Assembly: GCF_039541115.1 (NCBI RefSeq)
Contig: NZ_BAABFP010000005.1
Span: 1 to 64,000 of the forward strand
DNA length: 64,000 nt
Source: Angustibacter luteus
GTDB taxonomy: Bacteria; Actinomycetota; Actinomycetes; Actinomycetales; Angustibacteraceae
Direction of reading: 5' to 3'
In this document: positions 61,876-64,000 of the stretch, piece after piece
Numbering within the stretch: the stretch's first letter is position 1
Layout: every line of letters begins with the position of its first letter
The notes under the pieces: generated by a model
Database searches by the model: none
Told to the model about the DNA's origin: nothing
What the model saw: the letters and a program-made list of their open reading frames with translations, nothing else
Program-made: the position numbers and the translations under genes

Positions 61876-62826
61876 TCAGTAGACCCAGACGGTGCGACCG
61901 ATCGGCGCCAGCCCCGACGACCACAGGAAGTCGATCGCGCTGTTGGACAGGCGCACGCAGCCGTGCGACGCCGGGTACCCGGGGATGCTCGGCGAGCCGT
62001 GCAGGGCGTACCCGCCGGTGAAGTACTTGGGGCGCCACAGCTCGCCGAGCCGGCTGACCCGCAGGCCGTCGATCTGGCGCTGCACGCTGAACCGGCCCTC
62101 GGGCGTCACGGCGACGTAGGTGTGGCCGTCCGAGGTGTAGTTCTGCCCGCTCCCGGTGGAGGTGTTCAGCACGTACTTGAGCTGGCCACCGCTGACCACC
62201 AGGACGAGCTGACGGGCCTTGTCGACCTCGATGGCGGACCCGGACGTCGTCCGGGCGTGCGGGCGCACGCCACTGTCGAGCGCCTTCTTGGTCTTGGGCC
62301 CTAGGACCCCGTCCCGGCCGAGTCCGGCGGCCTTCTGCAGGGCCATCACGGCCTGACTGGTGTTCGAGCCGTACTCGCCGTCGGCCGTGCCGAGCCAGTA
62401 GCCGAGCGCGGCCAGCTTCTTCTGCGCCGCGAGCACGAACGGTCCGCTCATCCCCGGGCGCAGGGTCGTCTGCTCGGTGACGGCCGGCTTGGTCGCGGTG
62501 GCGGTGGTGGACGGAGCGGCCGTCGAGGTCGGGTTCGCCGTCGACGTCCCCGTGGGTGCCGACGTGGCGCTCGTGGTGGGGCTCGACGTGGCGGTGGTGG
62601 ACGGCGCCGAGGTCGCGCTCGGGGTCGCGCTGGGGGTCGACGAGGTACTCGAGGTGGTGCTCGAGGAGCTGGACGACGGCTGCGCGGCCGGGCTGGCGCT
62701 GTCACCCTCGGCTGGTCCGCAGCCCGTCGCGAGGACGGCCACCGTGGCGGCGATCGCGGCCAGCGTGAGCGGACGTCGCGCCCGCGAGGTGATCGCGGTG
62801 CGTGTGGTGTGCGGCCCCTGCGGCAT
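61876..62826 (-). CDS. L,D-transpeptidase lipoprotein with PG-binding domain
   Basis: Lipobox ATGC, S/T linker, DGEYG...DGVLGPKT, ALHGS...SHGCVR. Confidence 0.92.
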   Translation of the reverse strand: MPQGPHTTRTAITSRARRPLTLAAIAATVAVLATGCGPAEGDSASPAAQPSSSSSSTTSSTSSTPSATPSATSAPSTTATSSPTTSATSAPTGTSTANPTSTAAPSTTATATKPAVTEQTTLRPGMSGPFVLAAQKKLAALGYWLGTADGEYGSNTSQAVMALQKAAGLGRDGVLGPKTKKALDSGVRPHARTTSGSAIEVDKARQLVLVVSGGQLKYVLNTSTGSGQNYTSDGHTYVAVTPEGRFSVQRQIDGLRVSRLGELWRPKYFTGGYALHGSPSIPGYPASHGCVRLSNSAIDFLWSSGLAPIGRTVWVY

Positions 62827-62969
62827 GAGCTCCCCGTTCGATCCTGGTCGTTGCGGTCAGGTGTACAGACGCCTGACCTCCGCGGCCGGTTGCATCGAGC
62901 GTACGCAAGCCCCGCACCGGAACGGTGAGGGCGCGCGCGATCTGGCCAGACCGTTATCGAGGTGCGGGC

Positions 62970-62991
62970 TGTCGGTGGGCCTGGTTAGGGT
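62970..62991 (+). promoter_or_regulatory. PafBC/RecA-NDp-type promoter
   Basis: TGTCGG-N10-TAGGGT, exact match to TGTCGG-N10-TA-N3-T. Confidence 0.7.
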
Positions 62992-63057
62992 CGCTCGGGT
63001 GAGCGAACTGGGGGACAGGTCGAGCATCTCGAGCAGGTCGAACGGGGAGGACGTCGC

Positions 63058-64000
63058 GTGACGCTTGAGCAGTCGGGTTCGTCGGGTCCGGTGGGGCGGG
63101 ACGAGCCGACCGCCGACCCGCTCATCGAGGCCACCGGGCTGCGCAAGCAGTTCGGCGAGTTCACCGCGGTGGACGGCATCGACGTGCAGGTGCAGCGCGG
63201 TGAGGCGTTCGGGTTCCTCGGACCGAACGGGGCCGGCAAGTCCTCCACGATGCGGATGATCGGTTGCGTGTCGCCGCCCAGTGGCGGTGAGCTGCGGATC
63301 CTCGGGATGGACCCGCGCTCGGACGGCGCCCGGATCCGTGCGCGGCTGGGGGTCGTCCCGCAGCAGGACTCGCTGGACGGTGAGCTGACCGTCCGCGACA
63401 ACCTGCTCATCTACGGCCGGTACTTCGGCCTCTCGCGCGCCGAGTGCCGGGTGCGAGCGGACGAGCTGCTCGAGTTCGCGAACCTCACCGAGCGAGCCGA
63501 CGCGATGGTCGAGCCCCTGTCCGGTGGGATGAAGCGCCGGCTGACCATTGCCCGGGCACTCATCAACCGTCCCGAGATCCTGCTGCTGGACGAGCCGACG
63601 ACGGGACTGGACCCACAGGCGCGACACGTCCTGTGGGACAGGCTGTTTCGGCTGAAGCGACAGGGCGTCACGCTCGTGCTGACCACGCACTACATGGACG
63701 AGGCCGAGCAGCTCTGCGACCGGCTGGTCGTGATGGACGGCGGCCGGATCGTCGCCGAGGGCACACCGAGGTCGTTGATCGAGACGTGGTCGACCCGCGA
63801 GGTGCTCGAACTGAGGTTCGACGACGAGGACCTCACACCGCACGCCGAGAAGCTAGACGGCGTCGCCGACCGCATCGAGGTCCTGCCGGACCGCCTGCTG
63901 CTGTACGTCGACGACGGTGAGGAGGCGACGGTCGCGGCCCACCAGCGTGGCGTGCAGCCCCTGTCCTCGTTGGCCCGACGCAGCACCTTGGAGGACGTGT
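63058..64000 (+). CDS. ABC transporter ATP-binding protein, NodI/DrrA-like (3'-truncated; absent from ORF track)
   Basis: Manual translation from GTG 63058 (GGAGG RBS): GPNGAGKSST, LSGGMKRR, LLLDEPTTGLD, TTHYMDEA. Confidence 0.93.
   Translation, partial: MTLEQSGSSGPVGRDEPTADPLIEATGLRKQFGEFTAVDGIDVQVQRGEAFGFLGPNGAGKSSTMRMIGCVSPPSGGELRILGMDPRSDGARIRARLGVVPQQDSLDGELTVRDNLLIYGRYFGLSRAECRVRADELLEFANLTERADAMVEPLSGGMKRRLTIARALINRPEILLLDEPTTGLDPQARHVLWDRLFRLKRQGVTLVLTTHYMDEAEQLCDRLVVMDGGRIVAEGTPRSLIETWSTREVLELRFDDEDLTPHAEKLDGVADRIEVLPDRLLLYVDDGEEATVAAHQRGVQPLSSLARRSTLEDV

Noticed and set aside
63020..63043. Possible LexA (SOS) box
   Set aside because: Half-sites are direct repeats, not the inverted TCGAAC-N4-GTTCGA arrangement

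Overview
High-GC actinobacterial chromosome (order not determinable from sequence alone). A conserved housekeeping backbone (infB-rbfA-truB-ribF-rpsO-pnp-M16 peptidase-dapB ... folA-thyA-dapA-rnj-ftsK-rodZ-rimO-pgsA-cinA-clgR ... nei-lhr-DUF3046) is interrupted by several accessory blocks: (i) an MFS/TetR pair; (ii) GH6 cellulase, PadR, TipA, GNAT and S8 protease; (iii) a sugar ABC/LacI operon followed by GNAT-azlCD-DUF418 and a HAD gene; (iv) a diguanylate cyclase; (v) an 11.6-kb Tad/Flp pilus island; (vi) a 3.2-kb satellite block one gene downstream of it. The pilus island and satellite are the best candidate for an under-described system. The island has an embedded intramembrane-sensing two-component system, a TadZ ATPase fused through an internal prepilin cleavage site to a TadE pilin, and an OmpA-domain protein plus a paralogous lipoprotein, but no secretin. 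The satellite encodes a 467-aa pilin-leader cargo protein, two coupled membrane proteins and a divergent lipoprotein, and its promoter region shares a GTRGGYCC-like motif with the pilin promoter. Many cis-elements are legible by eye: Actino-pnp RNA, tipA-type MerR promoter, CebR box, LacI and TetR operators, two PafBC-type promoters, a sigma28-like promoter and many leaderless starts. No rRNA, tRNA, CRISPR array, transposase or integrase was seen. All family calls are from motif recognition, not database searches.
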